Assembly (NCBI GenBank): GCA_963804645.1
Contig: CAWDRG010000022.1
Span: forward strand, 64,001-128,000
DNA length: 64,000 bases
Origin: an uncultured Bacillota bacterium
Lineage (GTDB): Bacteria; Sysuimicrobiota; Sysuimicrobiia; Sysuimicrobiales; Segetimicrobiaceae
Reading direction: 5' to 3'
This document shows, piece after piece, positions 9,459 to 20,124 of the stretch. Position 1 is the stretch's first letter. Each line of letters starts with the position of its first letter. A program made the translations under genes and the position numbers. The notes under the pieces were generated by a model. The model made no database searches. It had not been told where the DNA came from and saw nothing but the letters and a program-made list of their open reading frames with translations.

Positions 9459-10037
9459 TCATCCGGTCGCAGCCGCCTGCGCGGGGATGCAGAGGTCCAA
9501 CAGCACGCCCTCGTTTTGCCCGCCGCCGATGGCGACGAAGGTGATATCCTCCCCCTCCACGGTCAGGGTGTGCAGCGCGTTGACCACTGCAGGAGCCGAC
9601 TTCTCGCCGATCAGATCGCTGTCGTGGTAGGCTCGGAGCCACACGGGTTCAGCCGTACTCTGGGCGACACGCGCGGTAACCCGGCCAACGGCATATGGCA
9701 GGCGAACCTGCACACCCTTCTCCGGCACGCGTAGCTTGGACTTACCCGTGGGCATTCCCCAACCGACCACGCCAAGAGATCCCGCCTGCGTGGCCGTGAA
9801 GGCAAATCCTTGTTTCTGGACAGTCGCATCGAGGTCTGTGCCAGGTGCAACATCCGTGAAGTCCACACAACTTGTGTCATCGGGGGGGCACCCCGCGAGG
9901 GCCGCCTTGGTCATTAGCTTCCGCGCGCCAGAGATGACTCCGAGAATGACGTAGAACAGGATGCTGCGCGGAACGCCGGCACGCGATAGGGACTTCGCGA
10001 GTTCTTCGAGCGAAGGCTGCGGTTGATCCTCCGGCAT
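9459..10037 (-). CDS. Hypothetical protein (helical N-terminus, beta-rich C-terminus)
   Basis: Co-oriented ORF inside the operon with GGGAG RBS and protein-like composition; no family recognised. Confidence 0.65.
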   Translation of the reverse strand: MPEDQPQPSLEELAKSLSRAGVPRSILFYVILGVISGARKLMTKAALAGCPPDDTSCVDFTDVAPGTDLDATVQKQGFAFTATQAGSLGVVGWGMPTGKSKLRVPEKGVQVRLPYAVGRVTARVAQSTAEPVWLRAYHDSDLIGEKSAPAVVNALHTLTVEGEDITFVAIGGGQNEGVLLDLCIPAQAAATG

Positions 10038-10089
10038 GGCTCTCACTCCCTTTGATGGTGATCTGAACCCCGAGATCGACGTTGCGTGC

Positions 10090-10398
10090 CTAGAACTTTA
10101 GGAAGTCATCCACGGTCATATCCGGATCGCGTCCACTGACGACAAAGCTGTCCATGTTGGAGATGGACCACAAGATCGTCGCGGCTTTGAACAGCTCGAG
10201 GTCGCGGAGCAAGAGCTGCCAGCAAACGCTCTCAGGCGTCTGCGCGAAGGACTTCCCTTCCTGGTAAAACATCTTCAGCAACGTCTTGATTAGTTCGATG
10301 CCTCCCTTAACGCAGCAATACAGCACTTCGTCTCTGCAGGCTTGACTCGGGGTATGCTCCGTACAGGCTCGGCGAAGGACGTCCTCAGTTGCACTCAC
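10090..10398 (-). CDS. Small Cys-containing hypothetical protein
   Basis: 102 aa, GTG start with AAAGGGGG upstream, co-oriented between operon genes. Confidence 0.6.
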   Translation of the reverse strand: MSATEDVLRRACTEHTPSQACRDEVLYCCVKGGIELIKTLLKMFYQEGKSFAQTPESVCWQLLLRDLELFKAATILWSISNMDSFVVSGRDPDMTVDDFLKF

Positions 10399-10517
10399 GA
10401 CTTTGTCCCCCTTTCGCAGAGTACATTTGCCTCATCTTGCGGTGGATCATGGCCTGCTCGCGGTTCACGGTGGCAGACGCGCCGCCTCTGAAAGCATCTC
10501 AGTGGAGAGACTCACCA

Positions 10518-11585
10518 TCACAGCTTGCGATGGACAACGTAGTCAACCAGAGCACGCAATAGCGCCTTTGCCCCGGACTCAGGAATGAAGCACAGCTCGG
10601 TGTGCATGATCTCCGTGGCTCGGCGAGCGAAGCGCCTCGCCACTTCCTCGGCATGGAGAATACTCCCGCGCTGGTCCATCTTGTCCAGTATCCACGCCAC
10701 CTCCGAAGCGCTCTTTTTCACACGTCGTTTGTTGAGGATCGAGACCAAATGCCGTCGTTCCTTCTGGTTGCAGTTGTTGAGCAAGTGGATGAGCATGACA
10801 GTTCGCTTGCCTTCCCACAGGTCCCCAGCGCGTTCCTTTCCATACAGGATCTGCTCACCCCTGAGATTCAGAACGTCGTCCTGGATTTGGAATGCAATGC
10901 CGAGATGATAGCCAAAGCTGTTGAACGGATTGATTTGGTGCGGGGCTGCCCCGCCGATGATGGCGCCAATGCGACAAGGACTGATACACGTGTACCATCC
11001 GGTCTTCTTGAGGGACATCATGAAGTAGTCTTTCTCGGTCAAGTCCCAAAACGCGTTCCGCACCCACCCGAGTTCAAGGGATTGTCCTTCCACAGCCTTC
11101 AGGACCATCCACTCGATCTCTTCAAAAATGCGTTGCGTCCGATCAACACCCACGACATTGAAGTTGTCCAGCAGCGCTCGCAGTGTAAGAACATTCATCG
11201 CATCGCCAGCGTTGATGGCAAGTGGGATGCCATACTGCGCGTGTAACGTAGGCAGACCACGACGCAGCAATGAGTCGTCCTCAATGTCGTCGTGGACGAG
11301 GAACGCGTTGTGGTATAGTTCGATGGCCGCGGCGGAGAACAGTGCGCTATCGCGTCGTCCGCCAAAAGCCTCGCACGTGCTCATGCAGAGCGCTGGGCGA
11401 AGTCCTTTTCCCGGACGCAGCGGGTACTCTAGAACGAGATCGCGTAGTGTCGTTCGTGGCAGAGACGTCGGAACTCGTCGGACCAATTCTTCAATCGCCA
11501 GCGCCTTGTACTCAGCTAATCTCTGTTCAAGCCAGTCCTCGTCGTATCCGTAAGAATCGACGGGCCGGAGTTCCGTGGTGCTCAT
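10518..11585 (-). CDS. Trans-polyprenyl diphosphate synthase (IspA/CrtE family), copy 1
   Basis: GKGLRP, first Asp-rich motif HDDIEDDSLLRRG, GQSLEL, KKT, second motif FQIQDDVLN, DLWEGKRT. Confidence 0.95.
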   Translation of the reverse strand: MSTTELRPVDSYGYDEDWLEQRLAEYKALAIEELVRRVPTSLPRTTLRDLVLEYPLRPGKGLRPALCMSTCEAFGGRRDSALFSAAAIELYHNAFLVHDDIEDDSLLRRGLPTLHAQYGIPLAINAGDAMNVLTLRALLDNFNVVGVDRTQRIFEEIEWMVLKAVEGQSLELGWVRNAFWDLTEKDYFMMSLKKTGWYTCISPCRIGAIIGGAAPHQINPFNSFGYHLGIAFQIQDDVLNLRGEQILYGKERAGDLWEGKRTVMLIHLLNNCNQKERRHLVSILNKRRVKKSASEVAWILDKMDQRGSILHAEEVARRFARRATEIMHTELCFIPESGAKALLRALVDYVVHRKL

Positions 11586-11849
11586 TTCGAGCCCTCATGC
11601 GTCGCGGAAACATAGGGTTGTGCTGGCGAGCGCGAGCCGGAAGGAACCCTGATAAGTAGCGGCGGCTTCGAGGAAAGAATGACGAATTCCTGCTCGAGTT
11701 TCACTTTCACCTAGATCCCCCCAGGATAGCGAACCGCTGACGTTCTTGGACGCTGACTTCTTTCCGAAGATGACGGATGGCGCGGTCACCGGCGCCGTTC
11801 TTGCGGTATTGTCGAAGGGTGGTGGCATGGACAGTTCCCAGCGGGGCTG

Positions 11850-12394
11850 AGCAGCTCCTCCCAGCGGGGCCGGCCCCAAGCTTGACGTCAGGGCGCAGGA
11901 CCCTTAGGCGTCGAGCACCTTTGAGCCCGTACACCCGCACCGACGGGTAAGACTCGGGTAGGGCCGCTCGCACCGTCACGCCGGGCTTCCTCTTGCCCAC
12001 CGCGAACGCGACGTCTGGCCTGTCGCCCTGCGTGACGGTCAGCTGCTCACGTGCAACCCGCGTGTCCCGCCTCGCCGGCTAGACCGTCTAAGGCCGCCTC
12101 GAGCTGTTCGATTACCTCTTGGGAGTCATCGTAGGGCTCACCCGAATCGGCGGGCCCACCCGGACCCTCAACCGCGGGCGCGCGGCCCGGGGGCAGTACC
12201 CGCAGGTCGTCATGGCCCTCGATCCATATCGGGACGATGGGAAGTGCCATTTGGATCGCCATCAGGGCCACCCACCCGCCGGCGCAGTCCCATCCATTCG
12301 GAAATGACACCGGGCAGTAACCGTGTTCGATCAGTTGAGCCAGTTCATACACCCCCACCCGCGTGACGCCAAAATCCGTCATGACGACCTGCAA
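11850..12394 (-). pseudogene. Diverged partial copy of the acyltransferase C-terminus plus the glycosyltransferase N-terminus
   Basis: GVYELAQLIEHG...GGWVALMA...LPIVPIWIEGHDDL...LDGLAGEAGHAGCT* matches about 13718-14090. The following GDRPDVAFAVGKRKPGVTVRAALPESY matches the start of the GT at 13727. Left boundary approximate. Confidence 0.8.
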
Positions 12395-12443
12395 CCCGCC
12401 CGCAGCGGAGCGGTGTCGGCGGTCGGCGCGTAGGCCGCGCGCC

Positions 12444-13727
12444 TCAGCACGGGCGGCCGGCGAGACCGGGCACGGCGCGCAGGCGGCCGACCGCGCACGC
12501 GACTCCCTGCTCGCCGCGGATCGCGGCGCCCAAGCGCTGCGCCCGGGTCCACATGCCCTGACCGCGGGTCATCTCCACGACGGCCGCCTCCAGCCGGGCG
12601 GCGGTGAGCCGCCGGCGGGGAATCGGAGCCGGCCCCACCCCGAGCGAGGCAACGCGCCGGCTCCAAAACGGCTGGTCGTAGAATCCGGGAATCCCCACCG
12701 ACGGCACGCCGGCCCGCAGGGCGCTCGCGGTCGTGCCGACGCCGCCGTGATGAATCACGGCCGCCACGCGGGGGAACAGCCAATCGTAGTGCACGTCAGA
12801 CACGCGCAGCATCGTCTCCGGGAGCGGAAGCGGCTCGGGCCCGCCGCCCGCGTACCCGAGGATGCCGCGGCAGCCCGCGCGCGTGAGCGCCTCCACCGTG
12901 ATGCCGAGCAGGTCGTCGCGGTCGGAGAATCCGATGCGGCCGAGCGCGACAAACACCGGAGGCGGACCGGCGCGCAGGAACGCGGCCAGGCTGTCCGGCG
13001 GCTGCCAGCCCGACGGAGCGTCGACGAACCAGTAGCCGCACACGACGATCCGCTCGCCCCAGTCCGGCGGCCGCGGGACGACGCGCGGGCTGAATCCGTA
13101 GAGGACCGTACCGGACCCCGCGCCGGGCACTCCGTCGAGATCCCGCCGGGACAGACGCCGCCCGGTCCGCCGCGCGACCCAGCGGGTCACGGCCGGCTTG
13201 AACAGGAGCCAGTACGCGTGCGCGGCGACGCGATACGTCCACGCGTTGAAGCCGGGCCCGCCGCGCAATCCCGGCGGCGTCAAGAAGTGGGGAAACACGC
13301 GCGTGCGGCTCATCGGCTGACACAGCGCCCAGCAGTGCGGCACGCCCAGCGCCTCGGCGAGTTGCGGGCCGCCGATCGCCGACGAGGAGCTGATGATGAC
13401 GTCGGTGCCCTGCGACGCGGCCCAATAGTCGTCGATCAGCGACTCGATCACGGCACCCGTGGCGCGCGCGACGCCGAGGGCGCCCCAGACGAACGCGGCG
13501 AGGTTGTCGCCCGATTCCTGCCAGCGCTGCCACGACGCCCCGGACGTCAGCGTGCCGAGCGCCCGCGCCGTCGGGGCAAACTCCAGGCCGTGCTCGCGTA
13601 CGAGCGTCTCGTACGGCACGGGCGCGGCGACCCGCACCGTGTGCCCCGCCTCCCGCAGGCCGATCCCCAGCGCGACGTACGGCTGCACGTCGCCGCGCGA
13701 TCCCGCGGTCAAGAGCGTTACGTGCAC
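12444..13727 (-). CDS. GT1/GT28-type glycosyltransferase (sterol/lipid glucosyltransferase-like)
   Basis: TAGSRGDVQPYVALG, WLFPRVAAVIHHGGVGTT and FYDQPFW motifs; GTG start overlaps the upstream stop. Confidence 0.92.
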   Translation of the reverse strand: MHVTLLTAGSRGDVQPYVALGIGLREAGHTVRVAAPVPYETLVREHGLEFAPTARALGTLTSGASWQRWQESGDNLAAFVWGALGVARATGAVIESLIDDYWAASQGTDVIISSSSAIGGPQLAEALGVPHCWALCQPMSRTRVFPHFLTPPGLRGGPGFNAWTYRVAAHAYWLLFKPAVTRWVARRTGRRLSRRDLDGVPGAGSGTVLYGFSPRVVPRPPDWGERIVVCGYWFVDAPSGWQPPDSLAAFLRAGPPPVFVALGRIGFSDRDDLLGITVEALTRAGCRGILGYAGGGPEPLPLPETMLRVSDVHYDWLFPRVAAVIHHGGVGTTASALRAGVPSVGIPGFYDQPFWSRRVASLGVGPAPIPRRRLTAARLEAAVVEMTRGQGMWTRAQRLGAAIRGEQGVACAVGRLRAVPGLAGRPC

Positions 13728-16317
13728 TCCGCGTTCCCCGCGTCGGCGGCCAGGCCGATCCAGCGCCTCCTCGAGCCGCACGATGACCTCGGGCCGGGGC
13801 GCGGCCGGGCTGATGCGCATCGGCGGCCCCACGCGGACCCGCACGCGGGTGCGCGGCCCGCACGGCCACAGCCTGGAGATCGTCGTTGCCCTCCATCCAC
13901 ACGGGCACGATCGGCAGGCCCGCCTCCCGCGCCATGACGGCGATCCATCCCCCGCCGCGATCCCATCCGCGCCGGGACGAGATCCGCAGATCCGGGGTCG
14001 CGATCGGGCTGTCCCCGGCCTCGATCAACTGGCTGAGATCGTGCAGCCCGGCCCGGGTGTCGCCGAACCCGGGGAGCACGACGAAGCTGAACGTCGAGCG
14101 GCCAGCACAGATAGTAGACCAGGCCGACGAGCAGCCGCGTGGGCGCGGGGACCCCCGGGCGCGGAGCGAAGAACTCGGAGAAGTCGACGTTCGCGACCGT
14201 GACGAGACGCCGCCGCGCGCGGCGCGGGAGCGCGGCATACACGACGAAACTGTCGAGCCAATGGTAGTGCGGCGCGGCGGCGACGATGCACGGGCCCTCG
14301 GGCGGCGCCGCGCCGGGCGCCCACTCCACCGTGAGCCTCATCGTCGTGATCGCCCACGCGCCGATCAACAGGGGCTGCGAGACCCGGCGGACGCAGCGGC
14401 CGAGGAGTCCACGGGACCACGCCGGCTGCCGGCTCGGCAGCCGGCGCGGCGCCCGCGCGGGGGCCGCCGCACGCGTCACGGCCCTGAGGTGCCCGACCGT
14501 CGTCTTCGACGTAATCGCGAGCCAGTCGAGCGGGCGGGACAGATCGCGCTCCAACAGGGTGAGCAGTTCCGCGGTGTCGAGCGAGCTCAGCCCCAACTCG
14601 TCGGTCACGGAACGGCGTCCTCGGCGGCCACCTCGCCGCGTGTGTCGCTCAGGTACCGGGCCAGGAGCCGCACGCGGCGGTGCGGGTCGCCGGTCGCGCG
14701 GATCTCGGCGAGCGACGGCCGCTCGGCGCTCCGCTCCTCGGCCGCCGCGCCGGCCTCCTGCAGTTCCTGCACCCGGCGCGCGACGTCGTCGCGGCGGACC
14801 TTGAGCAGGCCGGCTCGAGGAAAATCCCGGTCCGGCCACAGCGTCCAGCCGCGGACCTGCTGGTGCGCTTCCAGCGTCCGGTTGGCGTCGGCGATCACGC
14901 GCTCCGGCGCCGCTTCCGGGGTGAGCAGCAGCAGCGGCATGCACCTCGGTGATTCCGCGCCGCGCGAGCCCGACGACGACGGCCTCGCGCACCCCCGGCA
15001 CGCGCTCGAGCGCGGCCTCGACATCGCCGGGATGCACGTTGAGACCCTCGCCCGTCACGATCACGTCCTTCTTGCGGCCGACGAGATACAGCTGCCCGCG
15101 GGCATCCCGCGTCGCGAGGTCTCCGGTATGCAAGAAGCCGTCGGCCGGCGCGTCCCCCGCGGCGTGCCCGTCGCCGAAGACGCGGTGCGATACGCTCGGG
15201 CCCCGCACCAGCACCTCCCCGTCCTCGCCGATGCGCACCTCGTAATGCGGCAGCGGGCTGCCGATCGAGCCGGGGCGCGCGCCGAACGGATGGTTGATCT
15301 TGAGCGAGACGAGCGCGGTCGTCTCGGTCAGCCCGTATCCCTGGACGAGGACGTACCCGCACTCGTACCAGAACCGCTCGTCCTCCGACGGCAGGGGCGC
15401 GCCCCCCACCAGCAGCACCCAGAACGAGTACCCGAGCTGCGCGTGCGTCGCAAGAAACAGGAGATGCCGCCGCCACGGGAAGAAGCGGATCGTCCGCACG
15501 CGCTCGCCCAGCGAACGTCCTCCGCGCCCGTACGGCGTCTCCTGCAGCGCCCGGGCAAGCAGCCGCTGCACGCGGGGCACGGCCAGGAGCAGGGTGATCC
15601 GGTTCTGCCGGATCGTGCGGATCACGTGCGCCGGGTCCACCGACTCGCTGTAGAGCGCGCTGAGGCCGAGCGCCAGCGGGACGCAGAGGCCCATCAGCAG
15701 GCCCTGCACGTGGCTGAGCGGCGAGAGCACCAGCATCCGGCACCGCAGCCACCGCGTCACCCACCGCCAGCGGTCGAACGCGTGCAGCTGCGACACCAGG
15801 TTCCGGTGTGTGAGGATCACGCCGGTGGGCTCGCGGGTGGTGCCCGAGCTGTACAGGATCAGCACGGCGTCGTCCGGGTCCGCGGCCACCGCCGCGCGGG
15901 GGCGCCGCGGGCGGACCGTCCTCGGCGAACAACTCGCCCACCGGGCAGCAGGCGCACGCGATCCCGTCGACGTCCTGGTCCGGACCGTGCACCACCAGCG
16001 CCGGCCGGATCGCCTCGACCAGGTGGCGCACCCAGTGGGGCGAGGCCGTCTCGTCCACCGGCACCACCACCACGCCCGCCGCGACCGCGCCGAGCAGCAC
16101 GCCGGCCCACTCCGGACTGTTGCCCGCCCACAGCAGCACGCGCGCGCCCGGCGCGCCCCCCCGGGCGCCGAGGCGCGCGGCCGCGCGCCACGCTTCCTCG
16201 TGGAGGCGCCGATAGCTCCACCAGCGTGTCCCGTATCCTCGGCGGAGGCCGACCGCGGGGCGGTCGCCGTACCGCGGCAGCCGGTCCAGCAGCGCGCGGA
16301 GCGTCTCCGACTGTCAC
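13718..16317 (-). CDS. Acyl-AMP/CoA ligase - acyl carrier - PlsC-like acyltransferase fusion (multiple apparent frameshifts)
   Basis: Adenylation motifs YSSGTTREPTG, QGYGLTET, LHTGDL, VGRKKD; carrier motif ELGLSSLD; acyltransferase HYHWLD and LPIVPVW. The coherent protein hops frames about 7 times. Confidence 0.85.
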
Positions 16318-17374
16318 CGAAAGCACAGCTCCACAGCGAGCTGAGCGTGAAATGGGGCTGACAGTACGAGACGTAGACGCGCCGTCCGCCGTCCGCGGCA
16401 AACTGCGGATGCTCGAACCCGAGGTAGACGAGCTCGCTCGTCGACCGGTGTGGCACGCGGCCGAGCGACTGCGGGGGAGAGTACGGACCCGTGATCCGCG
16501 GAGCCAGGCGGACGATCAGCTCCTTCGTGTAGCTGTCGATGTACACCATCAGGTAGCCGCCGAGGTAGCGGTTGTGCGAGACCGAGTAGTTGCTGCCCGC
16601 GAGGCCCACGCCGCCGGCCTGCGTCAGGTCGGCGGTCCAGCCGTCGGACTCATCCTGCCGGAACACGTACGCGGACGGGTCCCCGAGGCGCGCCGCCGGG
16701 GCGCGCGCGACGATGCCCCGCACGACGTGCTCGCGGCGCACGCTGCCGAACACGTAGACGTCGTCCCCCTCACGGATCGTCTGCACGCCGAGATGGAAAT
16801 CGTCCGCGGCCATGCGCCACAGGCGCCACTCCCCGTCGCGCCGCACGCGCCGGCACGCGCCCGAGGCGGGATCGAGCGCGGCGATCCCCACCCCGAGGTT
16901 GCGGAACCCCCATGGGGTCGTGGGATCGATCGTCTGCACCCCCAGATAGTAGAGGTACACCGTGCCGTCGACCAGGATCCCGTGCTCGGGCCAGAAGCGG
17001 ATCCGCGCGGCCCGCTCCTCCGGCGTCGGGGTCAGGATCTCGACCGGGCACCCGTCGGCGTCGTGATAGAAGCGCATCTCCGCGAACGCCTCGCGCGCGC
17101 CGCGCCCGGTGGACGTCGCGGCGCAGTTCGCGAGGAAGACGCACGGCTCGTCGGTCGCCAGCTGAAACGGCGGGCGGGCCCCTTCGCGGGCGCCGGCGTC
17201 GTTCGGGACCGCGAGCAGCGTGTCGGAGAACACGAACAGGGTCCGGTCGCCGAGGTCGATCGACTGCCCCCCGTCCTGCCCGATCATCGCCCACGACGCC
17301 GCCCGCGCGCGGTGGCAGTACCCCAGCGGGCGCGTAAAGCGCACGGGCACGCGCGGATCAGCCGCGTCGATCAC
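16314..17374 (-). CDS. DUF4185-like beta-propeller protein (apparent frameshift near the C-terminus)
   Basis: GQDGGQSIDLGDRTLFVFSDT, YSVSHNRYLGGYLMVY, GPYSPP and YLGFEHPQF motifs; GTGA overlap with the upstream gene. Confidence 0.72.
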
Positions 17375-17995
17375 TGCCGCCTCAAGATCGCGAGGGTGTC
17401 CACGGTCCCGAGGTGGTCCCAGGCGCCCTCGGCGCGCGCGCGCTGCAGCACGTGATACGGCGCCTGCCCGCCGTCCGCGGGGTCCGGGTGGATGTCGTGG
17501 ATGCAGAGGTACCCGCCGGGCTTGATCGCTGGCGCCCACGTCTCGTAATCGCCGAACGCGTCCGCCTCCGAGTGGCCGCCGTCGATGAACACCAGGCTGA
17601 GAGTCGCGGGCGGCCAGTACCGTCCCAGCCTGACGGAGGCGGCCACGATCGGGATCACCCAGTCCTGCAGGCCCGCCAGCCGGATGTTGCGCCGCAGGGC
17701 CTGGAGCGTGGTCGTGACGCCTTCTGCGGCGTCGTACAGGTCGGGGTCAAAGTACGGCTGCCCCGGCTGCTGCTCGGCCGACCCCTCGTGATGATCCACG
17801 GTAAACAGCGGATAGCGACCGCGCTCCCGGCACCCCTCGCCGAGGAACAGCGCCGACTCGGCCGCAGTACGAGCCGATCTCCAGGCACGGACCGGACCCG
17901 GAGATCTCCACCGCCAGCCGGTAGAGCGACATCCCCTCCGCCTCCGCGAGGAATCCCTTCGCGCGCATCGCGATGCTGCGGACCTCTTCCCGCAC
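17371..17995 (-). CDS. Class I SAM-dependent methyltransferase (Methyltransf_24-like), one frameshift near 17865
   Basis: KGFLAEAEG...LEIGSYCG (frame of 17747..17995) continues as SALFLG...TVDHHEGS...VFIDGGHS...GGYLCIHD in another frame. Confidence 0.88.
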
Positions 17996-17999
17996 GCGC

Positions 18000-18834
18000 C
18001 TATCCCTCCTCCGGGCGTTCCCACGTCTCGGTCCGCCGGTTTGCGAGCTCCGTCCACGCCTGCCGGATGCGCAGGTCGTACTGCCAGTGGGCGCCGTGGT
18101 GCGGCCCGCGATAGAGGACCAGCCGGCGCGGCCCGCGCACCCGCGCGTACAGCGTCTTGGCCGCGTCGACCGGGATCGCCTCGTCGTCCTCCGAGTGGAG
18201 CACCAGCACCGGTCCCCCGCACCCGGCGATCCGCTCCAGCGAGTTCATCCGCGTGCGGCAGAAGGGGCGGACCGGGAGATACGGAAACGCGCGCGCCGCG
18301 AGGTCCGGCACCGAGGTGAACCCGCTGTGGACGACGAGCCCCCCGCACGCGTGGCGCGCGGCGAGGTAGATGGCCACGGCACTTCCGAGCGACTGTCCGA
18401 AGATGATGATCTGGTCCGGACGCACCCCGCGCGCGCCCGTGGCATACGCCCACGCGGCGTCGGCCGCCTCATACGTGCCCTGCTCGCTCGTGCGCCCGCC
18501 GTCGCCGTACCCGGGATATTCCACGAGCAGGACGCCGACCGACAGCGCGGACAGGAAGCACGCCACCGGCAGCTCGTGGGTGATGTTCCCGTCGCTGCCG
18601 TGGAAGAAGATGACCACCGGCCGGCCCTCGGCGGCCGGGATCCACCAGCCCCGCACGTCGCGGCCGCCGGCGCACGGCAGGCGCACGTCCTCGTACGGCG
18701 ATCCCGTAGTCGGCCGGGGAGCGGTTCAGCATCGGGCCGGGGCGAAAGATCAGGGCGTTCTGCCGAACGTACAGCCGGCCCAGGAACACGAGGGCGACGG
18801 CCACACCGAGGAGCAGCGGGATCGCGAGGTACAT
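18000..18834 (-). CDS. Membrane-anchored alpha/beta hydrolase (ABHD13/BEM46-like), one frameshift near 18700
   Basis: N-terminal TM helix and QNALIFRP, then FFHG, EYPGYG, nucleophile GQSLG, HSEDDEAIP and GPHH. Confidence 0.88.
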
Positions 18835-18843
18835 CCCGCCGCG

Positions 18844-20124
18844 CTACGACGAAGCCGCCCCGACGACCAGCGCCGCGTTCTTGACGCCGCGGTCGCTGGT
18901 CCAGACCACGCTGCGGCGGTACGACCGCCGCTCCGGTCGCTCGAGAAAGTACAGGGCGCAGTGGGGATCCGGATCCGCGCAGTTCGCGAGCGCCGGCACC
19001 ACCTGCTGCTCCATCCCCATGGCCGCGTGCACCAAGGAGAAGATGCCGCTCGCGGCGCCGGTGAACCCGGTGCCGCTGGTGGCCGCCGTGAACGGCGGCG
19101 CCGCATCCGGCCACAGCCCCCGAACGGCGTCCGCTTCGCGCAGGTCGTCGAGCTCGATCGCGAGGCCGTCCCCGAAGATCGCCCCGACCTCGGCCGGCGC
19201 GCACGCCGCGATGTCGAGCGCCCGCGCGGTCGCGTACCGCAGGGCGGTCGAGTCCCGGCCGCGGTCGCGCTGCAGGAGGGCCACGTCGGTCGTGGCGGCG
19301 TACGACAGCAGCTCGGCGTAGGCGCGGGCGCCGCGGGCCCGGGCGTGCGCGTCCGATTCCAGCATGACGAACGCGGCGCCCTCTCCGAGGACATACCCGC
19401 CGCGAGACCGGTCGAAGGGCCGGCACGCGTGCGCCGGATCCTCGTAGAGCGTCGAGAGCCGTCCGGCGATCAAGTGCTCGGCCAGGCTGTCCATGCCCAG
19501 CAGCGTGTCGTACCCGCCCGCCACGGCGCAGTCCGCCTCCCCGCGCTGAATTGCGGCCATCGCCAGCCCCACCGCCATCAGGCCGGAGGTGTACCCGTTG
19601 GTCAGGTTCGTATTGGGCCCCAGCACCTGGTGCTCGACGGAGATGCCACAGGTGCCGGCGTTCGGCAGCGCCCGCACGAGGAACAGGGGATCGAGCAGCT
19701 TCATGCCCCGCTTGGCGAACAGCGAGATGTCGAAGTCGTTCGTCGGCGTCAGCGACGCGCGCAGCGGCGGCACGAACACGTCGGGGTCGATTTCGAGCGA
19801 CAGCGAGCCCACGTAGAGCCCACAGCCCTCGAGCGCGGGCGCCCCTTTGAGCCCGGCGTCGGCGATCGCCTCCCCGGCCGCCCCGACGGCGTACCCCGCA
19901 CTCGGCGACAGCAGCTTGCGCAGCATGCGGTTCGCGATCAGCGCCGACCGCTCGAACCCGTCGACCCGCGCCTCCATCTGCGGGGTGGGGCTCTCGAAGT
20001 CCGGGGCGAGGGCGAGCCGCACGGCCGAGCGGCCGTCCATCCACGCCTCGAAGTGCGACCGGCTCCGCGTCCCGAGCGGCGAGACCGCGCCCACGCCGGT
20101 GATCAGCACCCGGGGCTGACTCAT
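18844..20124 (-). CDS. Non-catalytic ketosynthase homolog (chain-length-factor/KS-beta-like)
   Basis: KS fold motifs VLITGVGAVSPLG, CRPFDRSRGGYVLGEGAA. The active-site Cys position reads NGYTSG and the His motif reads IFGDG. Confidence 0.85.
   Translation of the reverse strand: MSQPRVLITGVGAVSPLGTRSRSHFEAWMDGRSAVRLALAPDFESPTPQMEARVDGFERSALIANRMLRKLLSPSAGYAVGAAGEAIADAGLKGAPALEGCGLYVGSLSLEIDPDVFVPPLRASLTPTNDFDISLFAKRGMKLLDPLFLVRALPNAGTCGISVEHQVLGPNTNLTNGYTSGLMAVGLAMAAIQRGEADCAVAGGYDTLLGMDSLAEHLIAGRLSTLYEDPAHACRPFDRSRGGYVLGEGAAFVMLESDAHARARGARAYAELLSYAATTDVALLQRDRGRDSTALRYATARALDIAACAPAEVGAIFGDGLAIELDDLREADAVRGLWPDAAPPFTAATSGTGFTGAASGIFSLVHAAMGMEQQVVPALANCADPDPHCALYFLERPERRSYRRSVVWTSDRGVKNAALVVGAASS

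Noticed and set aside
1..11585. Archaeal-type ether lipid pathway
   Set aside because: Mevalonate genes, prenyl synthases and GG reductase are present, but no GGGP synthase or UbiA-type DGGGP synthase is seen in the window.
6048..11585. Carotenoid or photosynthesis gene cluster
   Set aside because: No crtB/crtI, bch or reaction-centre genes recognised in the window.
13718..17539. 1273-aa ORF as one giant multidomain protein
   Set aside because: It is a chance read-through joining the DUF4185-like gene and parts of the ligase fusion via frameshifts; stretches between motifs are off-frame Arg/Ala-rich text.
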